DNA from: Eledone cirrhosa | Taxonomy: Eukaryota | Assembly (NCBI GenBank): GCA_964016885.1 | Contig: OZ024741.1 | Location: 333,126,001-333,190,000 of the forward strand | DNA: 64,000 bases | Direction: 5' to 3' | Part shown: piece by piece, positions 1 to 13,352 of the stretch | Position numbering within the stretch: position 1 is the first letter of the stretch | How the letters are laid out: each line of letters opens with the position of its first letter | Notes under the pieces: generated by a model | Told to the model about the DNA's origin: nothing | The model's input: only the letters and a program-made list of their open reading frames with translations | Database searches by the model: none | Translations under genes and position numbers: made by a program

Positions 1-202
1 AGAGAGACAGAGAGATCTCAGAGAGACAAGAGACAAACAGAGAGATCTCAGAGAGACAAAGAGATCTCAGAGAGACAGAGGCAGACAGAGAGATCTCAGA
101 GAGACAAGAGATAAGAGACAAACAGAGAGACAAGAGACAGAGAGAGAGAGTCGAGAGAGAGAGAGAGAGGGAGGGAGAGAGATCTCAGAGACAGAGAGAG
201 AG
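1..202. repeat. (AG)-rich minisatellite (agagacagagagatctc)
   Basis: Direct reading. Confidence 0.9.
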
Positions 203-514
203 AAAAATCTCCAACAGAACAAGGATAGGAGGACCAATGCAAAGCAAAAGCCATTGAATGGATTTTTGACAGAATAAACAAGATTTTCTTCTTTCCCAAA
301 TAGAAAATTGAATTTTGTGCAAGTCTATATTGTAAAAAAGTTATTTTTAGAGGAAAGGAAAGGAATGGAATGTAAGGTAGTGAGTCTTGGAGTGGTATGG
401 ACTGGAGAGGAGAGGTGGTGGGTGAAGAGGAATCAGAGACAAACAAGATTTTTATTGAACGTGTGTGACAATCTATCTACAAAAACAAACATATTTATTG
501 GCTCAAATGCATAG

Positions 515-1420
515 TTATACACACATACACATACATGTACTCTTACGCACATACATCCAAACATGTACACACACATACACTTCCACACACTTTCATGCAT
601 ATATCCAAATATGTTCAATACACACATACATGCACTTACATACACTTACATGCACATACTCTTACAGATGTACATCCAAACATGCACATACACACATACA
701 TACACTTACACACATATCAAAATGTGTACATATACACACATACACTTATATACACATACATCCAAACATGTCCATCACACACATACACTTACACACAGAC
801 ACAAACAGCCATGCATGTCCACACACTGATGCACACTTACACCCATTAACACACTTAGACACACTAATACACATAGATACACTTATCACTTCCATGCATA
901 CACTTACACATCCACTTATATGTATGCACATGTACACACACCAACACTAATTTACACTTATACATACTAATGCACATATATACACTCACATTTATTCACA
1001 CTTACATGCTTACAATTATACAAACTCATACACTTGTAAACAATTACACTTATACTTACAGATACATATATGCATCTACATTTAGATTAACAAACACAAG
1101 TGTATATACACTTACAAACACATACACTTATATATACATACACTTGCACACACACACCTATAAATGCATACACTTACAAATGCATACACTTACACAGACA
1201 TATGCTTACACTTACACAGACATATGCTTACACTTACACAGACATATGCTTACACTTACAAATGCATACACTTACACAGACATATGCTTACAAATGCATA
1301 CACTTGCACACATTCACTTACATTTAACACATGCACATTCACACTTACACACACACTTACATTTAACACATGCGCATTCACACTTACACACACATGTACA
1401 CACACACACACATACACTTG
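515..1420. repeat. Degenerate (CA/TA) microsatellite with 22-bp subrepeats (cacttacacagacatatgctta)
   Basis: Direct reading. Confidence 0.9.
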
Positions 1421-1674
1421 CATGTTTGTGTTGAACCACTATCAATTCCAATGAAATTATTGTGCTCATTTAACATATTTCTCAGGGAGATTCAGCAGGT
1501 CACATATTGTGACATGGCTGGTACTTCGAATTACATGCCATGTACAAGAGTTGAGGAAAATGTGAAGCAATTTGAAATAGAGTGTATTGCTCAAGAACTC
1601 TGTGACTCACACTCACAACTTTACAATTCTGAGTTGAAACACTCTGTGTAGCAGCATCCCTTCACACACACTCA

Positions 1675-2013
1675 CATCATCATCATCATTTTACGTCCGC
1701 TTTTCCCTGCTTGCAAGGGTGGGACGGGAACTGATTCTGGCTTGATTTCTACAGCTGGATGCCCTTCCTAACACCAACCTCATTTACAGTGAGTGCTGGG
1801 TGCTTTTTTGCCGTGGCACCTCCACGACCACTTTACAGTGGAATGATAGGGACCCCAGTCCCTATCATCTCATTTCTACAGTTGAGTAAACTGGAGCAAT
1901 GTGAAATAAAGTGTCCTGCTCAAGGAAACAACACATCACCCAGTCTGAGAATTGAACTCACAACCTTTTGATTGCAAGGCCAATGCTCTAACCACTAAGC
2001 CATGTACCTCCAT
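1675..2013 (-). mobile_element. tRNA-derived SINE family 1 (Pol III head, CORE-like middle, RTE-type tail)
   Basis: On the minus strand: A box tggcttagtgg, B box gagttcaattc, ccttgagcaggacacttt, tail shared with the RTE-A 3' UTR, (GAT)n end. Confidence 0.9.
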
Positions 2014-2220
2014 CATATAAATACATACATATAAATTGTTATTCAACTTAGTATTCTGTACTTATGGAAACTATATATATTATAAAGATTTTCTGCCCTA
2101 TGGTTAAGCTTTTACCATTTTATGTGGTACAGTAAAGGTTTAACCATAAGGCAGGAAAATTCTTATAGTGTGTATAGACATATGTGTATATATATATGTA
2201 TATATATATATATATATATG

Positions 2221-2538
2221 TATTAACAAAAGGAATTCCAACTTTGTCTGATTTACTCGTTTTATTTACAATCCTTTAAAATTTATAATGGTATTAGTAT
2301 GAAATAGTATGGTAGAATATTAAATGTTAAGTGTTAATTGAACAAGTACTTTCATGCTTTTGCAATCTTCAGGTTCACATTGTGTGGTGACAGTCAAGTT
2401 TGCAATTTTAGCACTTAACAATTAACACTTAACATTTAATATTCTACCATACTATTTCATTCAAATACCATTATAAATTTTAAAGGATTGTAAATAAAAC
2501 GAGTAAATCAGACAAAGTTGGAATTCCTTTTATTAATA
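2221..2538. repeat. Inverted repeat, 120-bp arms, 78-bp spacer
   Basis: 2221-2340 vs 2419-2538, a few mismatches. Confidence 0.93.
2339..2377 (-). ncRNA. Minimal hammerhead (family F4) in the loop of inverted repeat 2221-2538
   Basis: Reverse complement: tgaac-CTGAAGA-ttgc-aaaa-gcat-GAAA-gtac-TT-gttca. Confidence 0.72.
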
Positions 2539-2586
2539 TAATCTTCTATACACAATCATACACACACGTGCATATTTATCTATCTC

Positions 2587-2969
<383 letters not shown>

Positions 2970-3153
2970 ATAATAAAGTATATATCCCTACATGCAAAAA
3001 GCGTCCAGGAACACATGTATTGTCCAACCATATGCCAATGTGGTTCAATGGCTAGTTAATAAATTAACGAGCCAGAACATATATAATCAAGGTTTAGCAA
3101 ATAAGGAAAAGTTTCAAAATAAATTTCAAAAAATTCACTGTACTCACTATGGT

Positions 3154-3240
3154 TACCTTTACAGAATCGGTTCCGAGTCTCAAAAATAAATGGACAGTCC
3201 TTGCAGCCTTCCATTTTAAAGATAAACTCTCGTCAGAGGT
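3154..3240 (-). ncRNA. Inverted F1 hammerhead copy with mutated core (GAAA to GGAA)
   Basis: Reverse complement reads acct-CTGACGA-gagttt...agactc-GGAA-ccgattctg-ta-aaggt. Confidence 0.7.
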
Positions 3241-3613
3241 TCTTTTCACTCAGAGAATATAAAATTCCCGAGTTCAAATTATGAACTGGCGCTATTCAAA
3301 ATTGTTCCCGAGATGAGAATGAATGATGTGGAAGCAATTCTGTCCAATACATGTGTTCCTCGATGCTTTTTGCGTGTAGGGATATATACTTTATTATTAT
3401 TATTCTCCTCTTGGTCGACATAAAATTTGGTCGTTTTGACTGCTGCTATTTATAGTGGTAGTAGACTGACATCCCTACCTCTGCTTCTATCTTTACACAT
3501 GGCACTGGGCAGAGAATTGCTTCCACATCATTCATTCTCATCTTGGGAACAATTTTGAATAGCGCCAGTTCGTAATTTGAACTCGGGAATTTTATATTCT
3601 CCGAGTGAAAAGA

Positions 3614-3700
3614 ACCTTCTGACGAGAGTTTATCTTTAAAATGGAAGGCCGCAAGGACTGTCTATTTATTTTTGAGACTCGAAACCGATTCGGTAAAGGT
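3614..3700 (+). ncRNA. Type I hammerhead ribozyme (family F1), intact core
   Basis: Stem I acctt/aaggt; CTGACGA (3619-3625); stem II gagttt...agactc with inner cc-gcaa-gg; GAAA (3681-3684); stem III accg-att-cggt; predicted cleavage after GUA at 3695. Confidence 0.88.
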
Positions 3701-3767
3701 AACCATAGTGAGTACAGTGAATTTTTTGAAATTTATTTTGAAACTTTTTCTTATTTGCTAAACCTTG

Positions 3768-3867
<100 letters not shown>

Positions 3868-3871
3868 CATA

Positions 3872-4163
3872 CATGAGGCCCCACTCGGTCACAAATGACC
3901 ATGGTTTTGCACCTAGAATGTTTCCCTCTGAGGCACAAGCCTGGGCAAGGTTTGTTTTTGTGGAAGACCAGCAGTCCAGCAGTCACCCATGCATACCAGC
4001 CTCCCCTCTCCATGTCACTGATGTTGTCCAAGGGAAAGCCAATGGCCAATACAGCTTGGCACCAGTGACTCAAGGACACAACACATCACCCGGTCTGAGA
4101 ATCGAACTCACAACCTCTCAATTGCAAGCCCAATGCTCTAACCACTAAGCCATGCACCTTCAT
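3872..4163 (-). mobile_element. tRNA-derived SINE with the family-1 head but a different body
   Basis: 4070-4163 matches the family-1 head (ctcaaggacacaacacatcacccggtctgagaatcgaactcac...); 3872-4070 is unrelated to the family-1 tail. Confidence 0.75.
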
Positions 4164-4264
4164 ATATCTATATCTATGTGTGTGTATGTATATATATATG
4201 TGTGTGTGTGTGTATATATATATGTGTGTGTGTGTATATATATATATATGTGTGTGTGTATATA

Positions 4265-4295
<31 letters not shown>

Positions 4296-4310
4296 GTGTG
4301 TGTGTGAGTG

Positions 4311-4572
<262 letters not shown>

Positions 4573-4701
4573 TATGTAGGAGGTGAGTTTTATTGTAGTA
4601 CAATAAAGCAATGCAGATATCGGATAAGAAGCACTCTACAGTTTGTAGGACTGGAGTATACATAATATATAAGATCAAAAGATGGTTAAAAGAGTTCCAT
4701 G

Positions 4702-4772
4702 TATTTTATTATGCGCATTTCAAAAACAAATATCATCATGCAATAACATTTGTGTTTTCATCAGATAAAATA
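4702..4772 (-). ncRNA. Mirror copy of F2 hammerhead
   Basis: Exact reverse complement of 4889-4959. Confidence 0.85.
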
Positions 4773-4888
4773 GGAAGACATGATATGAAGGTTAAAAACA
4801 CTTGTGGATAGTGCAGTTTTAAATCAACATATGTTGATTTAAAACTGCACTATCCACAAGTGTTTTTAACCTTCATATCATGTCTTCC

Positions 4889-4959
4889 TATTTTATCTGA
4901 TGAAAACACAAATGTTATTGCATGATGATATTTGTTTTTGAAATGCGCATAATAAAATA
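4889..4959 (+). ncRNA. Type I hammerhead ribozyme (family F2)
   Basis: Stem I tattttat/ataaaata (8 bp); CTGATGA; long stem II acaaatgttatt-gcat-gatgatatttgt; GAAA; palindromic stem III a-tgcgca-t; predicted cleavage after AUA at 4951. Confidence 0.85.
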
Positions 4960-5006
4960 CATGGAACTCTTTTAACCATCTTTTGATCTTATATATTATA
5001 TATATA

Positions 5007-5105
<99 letters not shown>

Positions 5106-5113
5106 TATATATA

Positions 5114-5155
<42 letters not shown>

Positions 5156-5172
5156 TATATATATATATATTA

Positions 5173-5203
<31 letters not shown>

Positions 5204-6019
5204 CTCTCACACCTACCCATCCTCGCTTCCCTACCATTCCGCCGACTGCTGCTATGCCCTTCCGACCACTGTCTCAGCACCAACTGACCACAGCACTTCC
5301 ACTGCTGACCACTTCCTCTTGCGCGCGCACCCACATCTCTCCTCTTCCGACCACCGCTTCTTGGATTACCCACACGCGTTTTGACTTCCAACCAAAATCT
5401 CCATACATCTGTGTAACTTACCACTTTCAACCATCCTCTTACACCATCACCTATATAACTCACCCTCACACACACCCCAAAACAATTTTTTTTATCCACA
5501 CGCCACCCACACCCACAACACGCTTAAACCATACACACGTGCTTCCCACCACATATTTACACCCTCAGCCCCCTGATTCCTCTCCCCCCACCCCCCTATC
5601 CACACACGCACAGACCCTCCGGCCCACAAAAACACCCCCACACACACCTTCCTGAACATGCAACCCCGTTCTTCCCCCAACCCTCACTTTCACATACACA
5701 CACACACACACGCACACCTAACCACACACACCACCTTCAGCCCTCCCCGCGCGGACACCCCGTCTCCCTCTCCCCACTCCACCCGCCACCACCTCTACTC
5801 ACCCCACACCCTTCCACCACCTGTTTACCCCCCTTTTAATTTCAGTTTATTTTGATCATGCCTTTATTTTTAAATTTTCTCATTCCTTGTATTTTGATCA
5901 TGCTTTATTTTTATTTATTATTTATTATATTTTTGTCTTTATTTGTTAATTTTTCATTCGCACCGTTTCCTTTCGCTATATGTCGCTCCACCACTCCCCT
6001 ACACACCTTTTGAACTCTC

Positions 6020-6051
6020 ACCTGAAGAAGGGCTTATGCCCGAAACGTCGT
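6020..6051 (+). ncRNA. Minimal Penelope-type hammerhead motif (F5) near the 3' end of a C-rich element (~5203-6140)
   Basis: CTGAAGA-a-gggc-ttat-gccc-GAAA-cg-TC; stem I only 2 bp; aataaa follows at ~6088. Confidence 0.6.
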
Positions 6052-6217
6052 CCCCCACCTACCCCCCACTCTCCTGAGCGTGAATTTAATAAACATTTAT
6101 CGTACTGCCTCTCTGTTCTATCCCTGTTCAATTTTTCATTATATATATATATATATATATATATATTAATATATATATATATATATTAATATATATACAT
6201 ATATATATATATATATA

Positions 6218-6757
6218 GGTTGTTGGCGACTAAACTGTCAAATTTACTTGGTGAGGAGGGTGATTTTGGACCCCCTGCAGGATTAAAAACAAAACCTGAC
6301 AAAGGGCGAAAGAACTCATGAGTCAACGGCCATCCAAAAATGTATAAGTATGTATATACATGTGTATATGTATATATGTATATACATGTATACATATGTG
6401 TATATATGCACAGGAACATAAAAATAATTGGGTTGGATAACCGATTGCGTGGTTAAACTACTGGAAGTGAAGGACCCCTAGCCTTTGTCAGGGCATTCTT
6501 CTAGGAGAAGTGAACTCAGGAAACTGGGATAACTCTGACATAAAACCTGCAGCTCTGTAGTTACGGATGATGTTGATCTTTTCTTCTTTTTGGGTTATAG
6601 CTACTGTCACTCAGAGAATGGGATTGGCTCAGTGCACAGTCTTTCCTCACTTTAAAAAAATCTTCATGCACAGGCATTGTATGATAGCATTACTTGATAG
6701 TTATTAATAATATTATATCGTGCAATGGCCATACTCAATAACGAGGAGGCAGCCATC

Positions 6758-6759
<2 letters not shown>
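6218..6759 (+). mobile_element. Diverged relative of the 28089 element, interrupted by microsatellite
   Basis: Shares ttggcgactaaactg, ggtgaggagggtga, cctgcagga.taaaaacaaaacctg, tagcctttgtca and the 3' end tggccatactcaataacgaggaggcagccatcat. Confidence 0.75.
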
Positions 6760-6790
<31 letters not shown>

Positions 6791-6792
6791 TA

Positions 6793-7130
6793 TCATCATC
6801 ATCACCATCACTGTTTAATATCCATTTTCCACACTAGCATGGGTTAGATGAGAAACCCCATTGTGAGACTTGTTCATACAGGACTGATTTTGGCTTGGTT
6901 TCTATGGCTAGATGCCTTTCCTATCACCAACCACATTTACAGTGTGGGCTGCGTGCTTTTTGTCATGTCACCTTCACAATCACTTTACAGTGTGGGCTGG
7001 GCGCTTTTTGTCATGTCACCTTCACAATCACTTTATAGTGTGGGCTGGGCGCTTTTTGTCATGTCACCTTCACAATCACTTTATAGTGTGGGCTGGGCGC
7101 TTTTTGTCATGTCACCTTCACAATCACTTT
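6793..7130 (-). mobile_element. RTE/SINE 3' end with a ~44-bp unit repeated about 4 times
   Basis: (CAT)n tail, ctagcatgggttaga, then tandem tttacagtgtgggctgggcgctttttgtcatgtcaccttcacaatcac. Confidence 0.75.
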
Positions 7131-7200
7131 ATATATATATATAGGTTTCTTCCTCTTCACACTCTCTATCTTTCTATTTCATCTTTTATTTCTCATTCTA

Positions 7201-7236
7201 TCTTCTGATAAAGGACTAATATCTGAAACATAAAGA
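7201..7236 (+). ncRNA. Decayed minimal hammerhead (F6); second decayed copy at 23248-23283 (-)
   Basis: Consensus of the two copies: tctt-CTGATGA-a-ggac-tagt-gtcc-GAAA-cg-TA-aaga; each copy has different core mutations. Confidence 0.6.
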
Positions 7237-7344
7237 CTCTTTTCCTACTATATCAAGAGTTAAACTAATATATTTTTTCATTGTACTGTGTTGTTTAGTT
7301 TGCTGTCTCCATTTACCTTTTGCACACACACACACACACACACG

Positions 7345-7382
<38 letters not shown>

Positions 7383-7528
7383 AGAGATAGTGTTTAAAAT
7401 AACATTATACTTAAAACATTCAAATATTAACTCAATGAGTACTCAATACAAGTAAACAGAGAGTAAAGTTTATATATATATATCATCATCATCATCGTTT
7501 AACATCCATCTTCCACGCTAGCATGGGT

Positions 7529-7571
<43 letters not shown>

Positions 7572-7679
7572 ACACACACACACATATATGTATGCTTCAT
7601 CTACCAATAATATGACTAGCTCAGTTTTTATTCACTAAAGTTATTTGAGTTTTATGATAGAAGTGACTTGTAGGGGTAG

Positions 7680-8060
7680 AGGGGGGGGGGTAGCAACAAG
7701 GTGGTGATGGTGGTGGTGGTAGAGGTAGCAACAAGGTGGTAGTGGTGGTGGTGGTAGTGGTAGCAACAAGGTGGTGATGGTGGTGATGGTGGTGGTAGTG
7801 GTGGTGGTAGTAGTGGTAGCAACAAGGTGGTGATGGTGGTGATGGTGGTGGTAGTGGTGGTGGTAGTAGTGGTAGCAACAAGGTGGTGATGGTGGTGGTG
7901 GTAGAGGTAGCAACAAGGTGGTGATGGTGGTGATGGTGGTGGTAGTGGTGGTGGTGGTAGTGGTAGCAACAAGGTGGTGATGGTGGTGGTGATGGTGGTA
8001 GTGGCGGTGCTGATAGTGGTGGTAGCAGCAATGTGGTAATGGTGGTGGTAGCAGTGTTGC
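7680..8060. repeat. (GGT)n-derived minisatellite with tagcaacaagg spacers
   Basis: Direct reading. Confidence 0.9.
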
Positions 8061-8160
8061 GGTGTGGCGGGAACAGCGGTGTTGTGGTGGGATGTCACTC
8101 CAATCCATTCCACATAAGCCTTATTATCCAATAAATCTGAATAGGACCATTTGGAATAGT

Positions 8161-8216
<56 letters not shown>

Positions 8217-8644
8217 GAGGTATTTAAAGAAGGTGCAGTCATGCACACATAAATATACATACTCAGTAATACATACACACACTTTACTTACTTCATACAA
8301 ACTCACACACAGACATACACACACACAGTGTCATATGATCATACACATGAACAAATGTACCACACTATATTATATTTACTTCCACACAAACACACAGACA
8401 CACATACACAGTGACATATGCACATACACACACACACAGATGCACACACACAGCTACACACACATTCTACAGAACACTTACTTCCACACAAGCTAACATA
8501 CAGACACCACATGTACACACTATAGTAAACTTATTTACATATAAGTTAAAACACAAACTCACACACAGACACATTCATCCAAACACATAAAAACACACAT
8601 TACACAACATTAACTTCAACACTTACTCCTCTGTTCAATACTTT

Positions 8645-8717
<73 letters not shown>

Positions 8718-8843
8718 GGAGGTGAGTTTTATTGTAGTACAATAAAGCAATGCAGATATCGGATAAGAAGCACTCTACAGTTTGTAGGACTGGAGTATAC
8801 ATAATATAATATAAGATCAAAAGATGGTTAAAGGAGTTCCATG

Positions 8844-8912
8844 TATTTTATTATGCGCATTTCAAAAACAAATATCATCAAGCAATAATATTTGTGTTTT
8901 CATCAGATAAAA
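8844..8912 (-). ncRNA. F2 hammerhead in a solo copy of the element (8713-8972)
   Basis: Same core and stems as 4702-4772 with a few substitutions. Confidence 0.8.
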
Positions 8913-9123
8913 CAGGAGAACCTGATATGAAGGCTAAAAAACACTTGTGGATAGTGCAGTTTTAAATCAACATATCATCATCATCATCATATATATTATA
9001 TATATATATATATATATAATAAAGTATGAATTCCTACGTGTAAAAAATACATATAGGGAAACAAGTATTATCCAACCGTATGCCAATTTATTTTAAAACT
9101 TTTGCTCTATTTGCTAGACCTCG

Positions 9124-9175
<52 letters not shown>

Positions 9176-9177
<2 letters not shown>

Positions 9178-9370
9178 GGAGAAAGTATGACCCCCGACGG
9201 CAGAGCTCAAGCTGTTTCGACAGTTATTTCTGGACAGAAATAGCCGTCGAAACGGCTTGAGCTCTGCCGTCGGGGTCATACTTTCTCCTATTACCCACTC
9301 TACTATCCTAAGTATTGAGTACTCTGGTGCTTTATGGTCCATCTGGTTCCTTACCACAACTACTTCGTTA
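9176..9370 (+). mobile_element. Hairpin-plus-tail element (F9), copy 1
   Basis: 115-bp palindrome 9176-9290 followed by an 80-bp unique tail ending ttcgtta in (TA)n. Confidence 0.85.
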
Positions 9371-9395
9371 TATATATATATATATATATATAGGT

Positions 9396-9436
<41 letters not shown>

Positions 9437-9467
9437 TAGATATATATATATATTTATATATATATAT

Positions 9468-9527
<60 letters not shown>

Positions 9528-9569
9528 AGATAGGTATATGCATGCTGTTAAGTGTACATCAGAGGAACA

Positions 9570-9975
9570 CTGCATACATACACACACATTACACACACAT
9601 ATATGCGCACATAAAAACAACTGGGCTGCTGGCACACACATAAGAAACCTGGCTAGGTGTACAACAGGGAACACTATACACACACACACACACACATATA
9701 ACTACACAGAGAAACATCAACAGAGCTGTGGGTACACACATACAACACACACACATACACAGAAGCACATACACACACTCAAATACACCACACCGACACA
9801 CTTTATCTACACATACGAATAATTTGAGAATGTGTATCACAGGGAACACCGCACACGCTCACACACACACACACAGATACACAAACAGAGCTGCAGGCAT
9901 TCACAAACACACATACACACATACATATTGATACCAAACACATGTACACTCATAGAAACAGGAAGAGAGCTGCAG

Positions 9976-10068
<93 letters not shown>

Positions 10069-10092
10069 CACACACACACGCACACACACACA

Positions 10093-10142
<50 letters not shown>

Positions 10143-10650
10143 GACAGTAAACACTGACAACATACACACATACACCAGACACTGACAACATACACACATA
10201 CACCAGACACTGACAACATACGTATACAGCACATGCTGGATTTGTATATACACATAGAGCACACATTGACCGCACACACATACATACACACACACATGCA
10301 ATATACTTCACTGACTATATACACACACACATACAGCATACTCTAACAACATATATATATACCACACACTGACTATGTTCATACACACATACAGCACACA
10401 TTGACAACGCACACACATACAGCACACATTGACAACGCACACACATACAGCACACATTGACAACGCACACACATACAGCACACATTGACAACGCACACAC
10501 ATACAGCACACATTGACAACACACACTAACAATCTACACATATAGCACACGCAGACAACATTACATACCTCATTGACTACGTACATACTTATACAGCTCC
10601 TACTGACAACATACATTAACAGCATACACTGATAACACATACATATAGCT
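9570..10650. repeat. (CA)-rich tract including a 28-bp unit (acacacatacagcacacattgacaacgc) about 5 times
   Basis: Direct reading at 10384-10525. Confidence 0.9.
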
Positions 10651-11150
10651 TCCACTGACTCTGTACATATACGATAAAGCTAACTGGAGAAGTGCTGCGC
10701 TACGACTGTGTATGTCACAAACTGACAGCAGTCAGGAGTAGAACTTCGAATCAGGATGTACTATCTTCTCCTACAGTTGAAATATATTTACAATTTACAC
10801 GGATGATAAATATTATGCCACAGGTAAGACATATTAAATCGGTTTTAGTTTTATTTGTTATTGTTGTTGTATTTTTACATTTGAACATAATTTTTATTTT
10901 TTTCAATTTTCCCAAAAGAAAACAATTATCATACCTGTACTTGACAGAAACCTGATATTGAGAGCAATTGTGGTCTGACGAAGTTCATCCTCTTAGTACC
11001 TGTATAATGCAAGGGTTTTAATTTTATTTAATTAGTTAATTGTATTTTGTGCAGTCTGGTGTGACTTTTTGGTTTATTGTATTTAGTAGGGGATTGTTGT
11101 ATTTAGGTAGGGGATTGTGTAGGGAACACTTATATACTATTTAAAACTCA

Positions 11151-12098
11151 TCAACCCTCTAGCATTTAAACTGGCCATATCTAGCTAGAGTTCTCTCACC
11201 TCCTTCTCTTCAAACCGGCCATAACTGGCTGCTCATACTTATGTTAAGGTATTGTTCTCAAAATAAATAATATCAATCTCATAGATTCGATATTATGTGA
11301 GATAATTGTGTGAGATAAAGTGTTTACTGTGAAAATACAATAATATATATAGAGTAATGTAAATGCTAAACGGTTAAACACCAATCCACCCCATCCCTCA
11401 AAGCTACCTTTATTAAAGTGTTAAATTAAAATATAAACTTTGGACTGAAATCTCATTTTGACATATTTATACCAATTAATATCAAATTTCAGTTGTACAT
11501 ATTTGTCTTTTTGTTATTAAGTTAAAAGTTCTCTAAACCTGATATTTAAAATAGAAAGGCAATATACTCTTGTTTGAAGTAAGGTGATGAAAGGGTTAAC
11601 ACAATGAATACCAAACTTCTGTAAGCCACCTCTAGTTCTATGATACAAGGTTGTTTATTTTAAAGTGTTTATATATATATAAATTTAAACTTTCATCATA
11701 ATTTTTATGTGAAGAACATTTGTTATGTTCTAAATGATGAAAAACTTAGTAGTTTTACTAAATCTCTTCTAATTCTTCGTTATTTTCAAAATTAACTGAA
11801 ATTGATAGGCAGTGAATTTCATTAGAAATATGTCAATGAAAGGGTTAACCCTTTCAATAGCAAATGGCATGAAATCTGTAGTTTTACGATACAAAACTAT
11901 TTGTTTTGAAGTGTTTATATTTATTTAAAAGCCTTCCATCATAATTTTATCAAAAAACCTTTAAGTTATTTTCCAAACACTATCTAAATCAGAAAAAAAG
12001 TTAGTTATATTTCTAAATCTCTCCAAATTCTTGATTATTTTTCAATATTTTTGGAAAATACAAGCAGTATCTTTCATAAATTGCTGGTGAAAGGGGCA
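11151..12098. mobile_element. Chain of about four old TTAA-flanked (piggyBac-like) MITEs
   Basis: Termini aaccct.../...aagggttaa with TTAA at 11374, 11596, 11845; related AT-rich copies at ~21497, 22870, 23480-23722, 49775-50044. Confidence 0.6.
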
Positions 12099-12469
12099 AT
12101 AATAATCTTCTGATGAAAATATGTTTTAGGGACTAGGGGTACATTGGAGTCCCAGGAAACTAAGGTTGGGCAGAAGGTGGGGAGATGCTAGAAGCTACTG
12201 TCATCACCACCACCCCAAACTAAAAAGTGAGAAAATGCGGTACCCCCTGCATGACATACCCCACCCAACCTAATTGCTATCGATAATTGAAGATGGTTTT
12301 TTTTGGGGGGGGGGGGGGGGTTTCTATGAAAAAAAAAAAAAAGATTTAGGAAAAATCTATTGAAAAATTTTAGTGAAGTATTTCCTAAGAAATCCCCCAC
12401 CACCACAAAAAAAAAGACACGAACACAATAACAAACAAACATACAAACAAATAAAAAGACTTACAGAAA

Positions 12470-13090
12470 ACATTTCTTCTTTTTTTTACTTTGTTTTTCT
12501 TTCTCTTTTCTCTTTTTCTCACTTTCTTTCTTTCTCTCTTTCATTTTCTTTTTCTCACTTTTCTCTCTTCTCCAAGTTTTCTTCTCCATCCTCACCTTTC
12601 TCTTTCCTACTCTTTCTTTTGCAATTTTTTTCTTTTTCATTCTCTTTTTTTCTCATGTTTTTCACTTTTTCTGTTTTATTCTCTTTCTTACCCTTATTCT
12701 CTTTATCTTCTTTCTTTTCTCTTTATCTTTCTTTTTCTCTCTTCCACTTGTTTCACTCAGTTTTCTTTTTGACATATTTTCTCTTTTCTGTTTGTCTCTC
12801 TCTATTTATTCTCTTCCTCCTTCTCTCTCTCTCTCTCATTCTGTTTTCTTTTTCTCTTTTGTTTATATTCTTTCTCTGCATCATTTTTTTTTGGTTTCTC
12901 TTCTATTTTCTCTATTTTACTTCTCTCTTTCATACTCTCTCTCTATCACCCTCTCTCTCTCTTTCACTCTCTCTACACCCTCAGTCATTTCCTCTCCTTT
13001 TCATATTTTACTTCTCACAATTTCTCAATCTTTATTTCTCTGTCTTCTTATTTACAATCCATTCAGTCTTATCACCAATAATTTATTTTC
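12470..13090. repeat. Polypyrimidine low-complexity tract
   Basis: CT-rich; explains the Phe/Ser/Leu ORFs. Confidence 0.9.
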
Positions 13091-13103
13091 TTCATTCATG
13101 AAA

Positions 13104-13352
13104 GACACGTGGCTCAATTGATAGGGTGTTCAGCTCACAGGTATAAGGTTGTGATTTCGATTCTCAGACCAGGTGGTATATTGTGTCGTTGAGTAAGACG
13201 CTTTATTTTATCATGCCAGTTCACTCAGCTGGCAAAAATGATTTGTTCTTGTAATTCAAAGAGTTTTGTCATATACTGTATCATGCTGAATCTCCCTGAG
13301 ACCTACGTTAAGGGTACACATGTCTATGGAATGCTCAGCCACTTATATGTTA
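13104..13352 (+). mobile_element. Old tRNA-derived SINE (third body type)
   Basis: Degenerate A/B boxes, gttgagtaagacgcttt, tgctgaatctccctgag; related remnant on the minus strand at ~1460-1650. Confidence 0.7.

Larger units (their letters stand above)
4662..4999. repeat. Perfect 338-bp palindrome, no spacer (centre 4830/4831)
   Basis: ...aaatcaacat|atgttgattt...; arms complementary out to ataatatataagatc / gatcttatatattat. Confidence 0.95.

Noticed and set aside
1486-1651. Apparent terminal exon (ttctcag|G...REIQQVTYCDM...HSV*)
   Set aside because: The reverse complement matches the SINE body (gttcttgagcaatacactctatttc, tgctgaatctccctgag) seen at 13104-13352.
12110-12130. Isolated CTGATGA (and CTGACGA at ~10975)
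   Set aside because: No downstream stem II-GAAA-stem III arrangement.
12373-13121. Hydrophobic 242-aa ORF resembling a membrane protein
   Set aside because: Polypyrimidine tract artefact.
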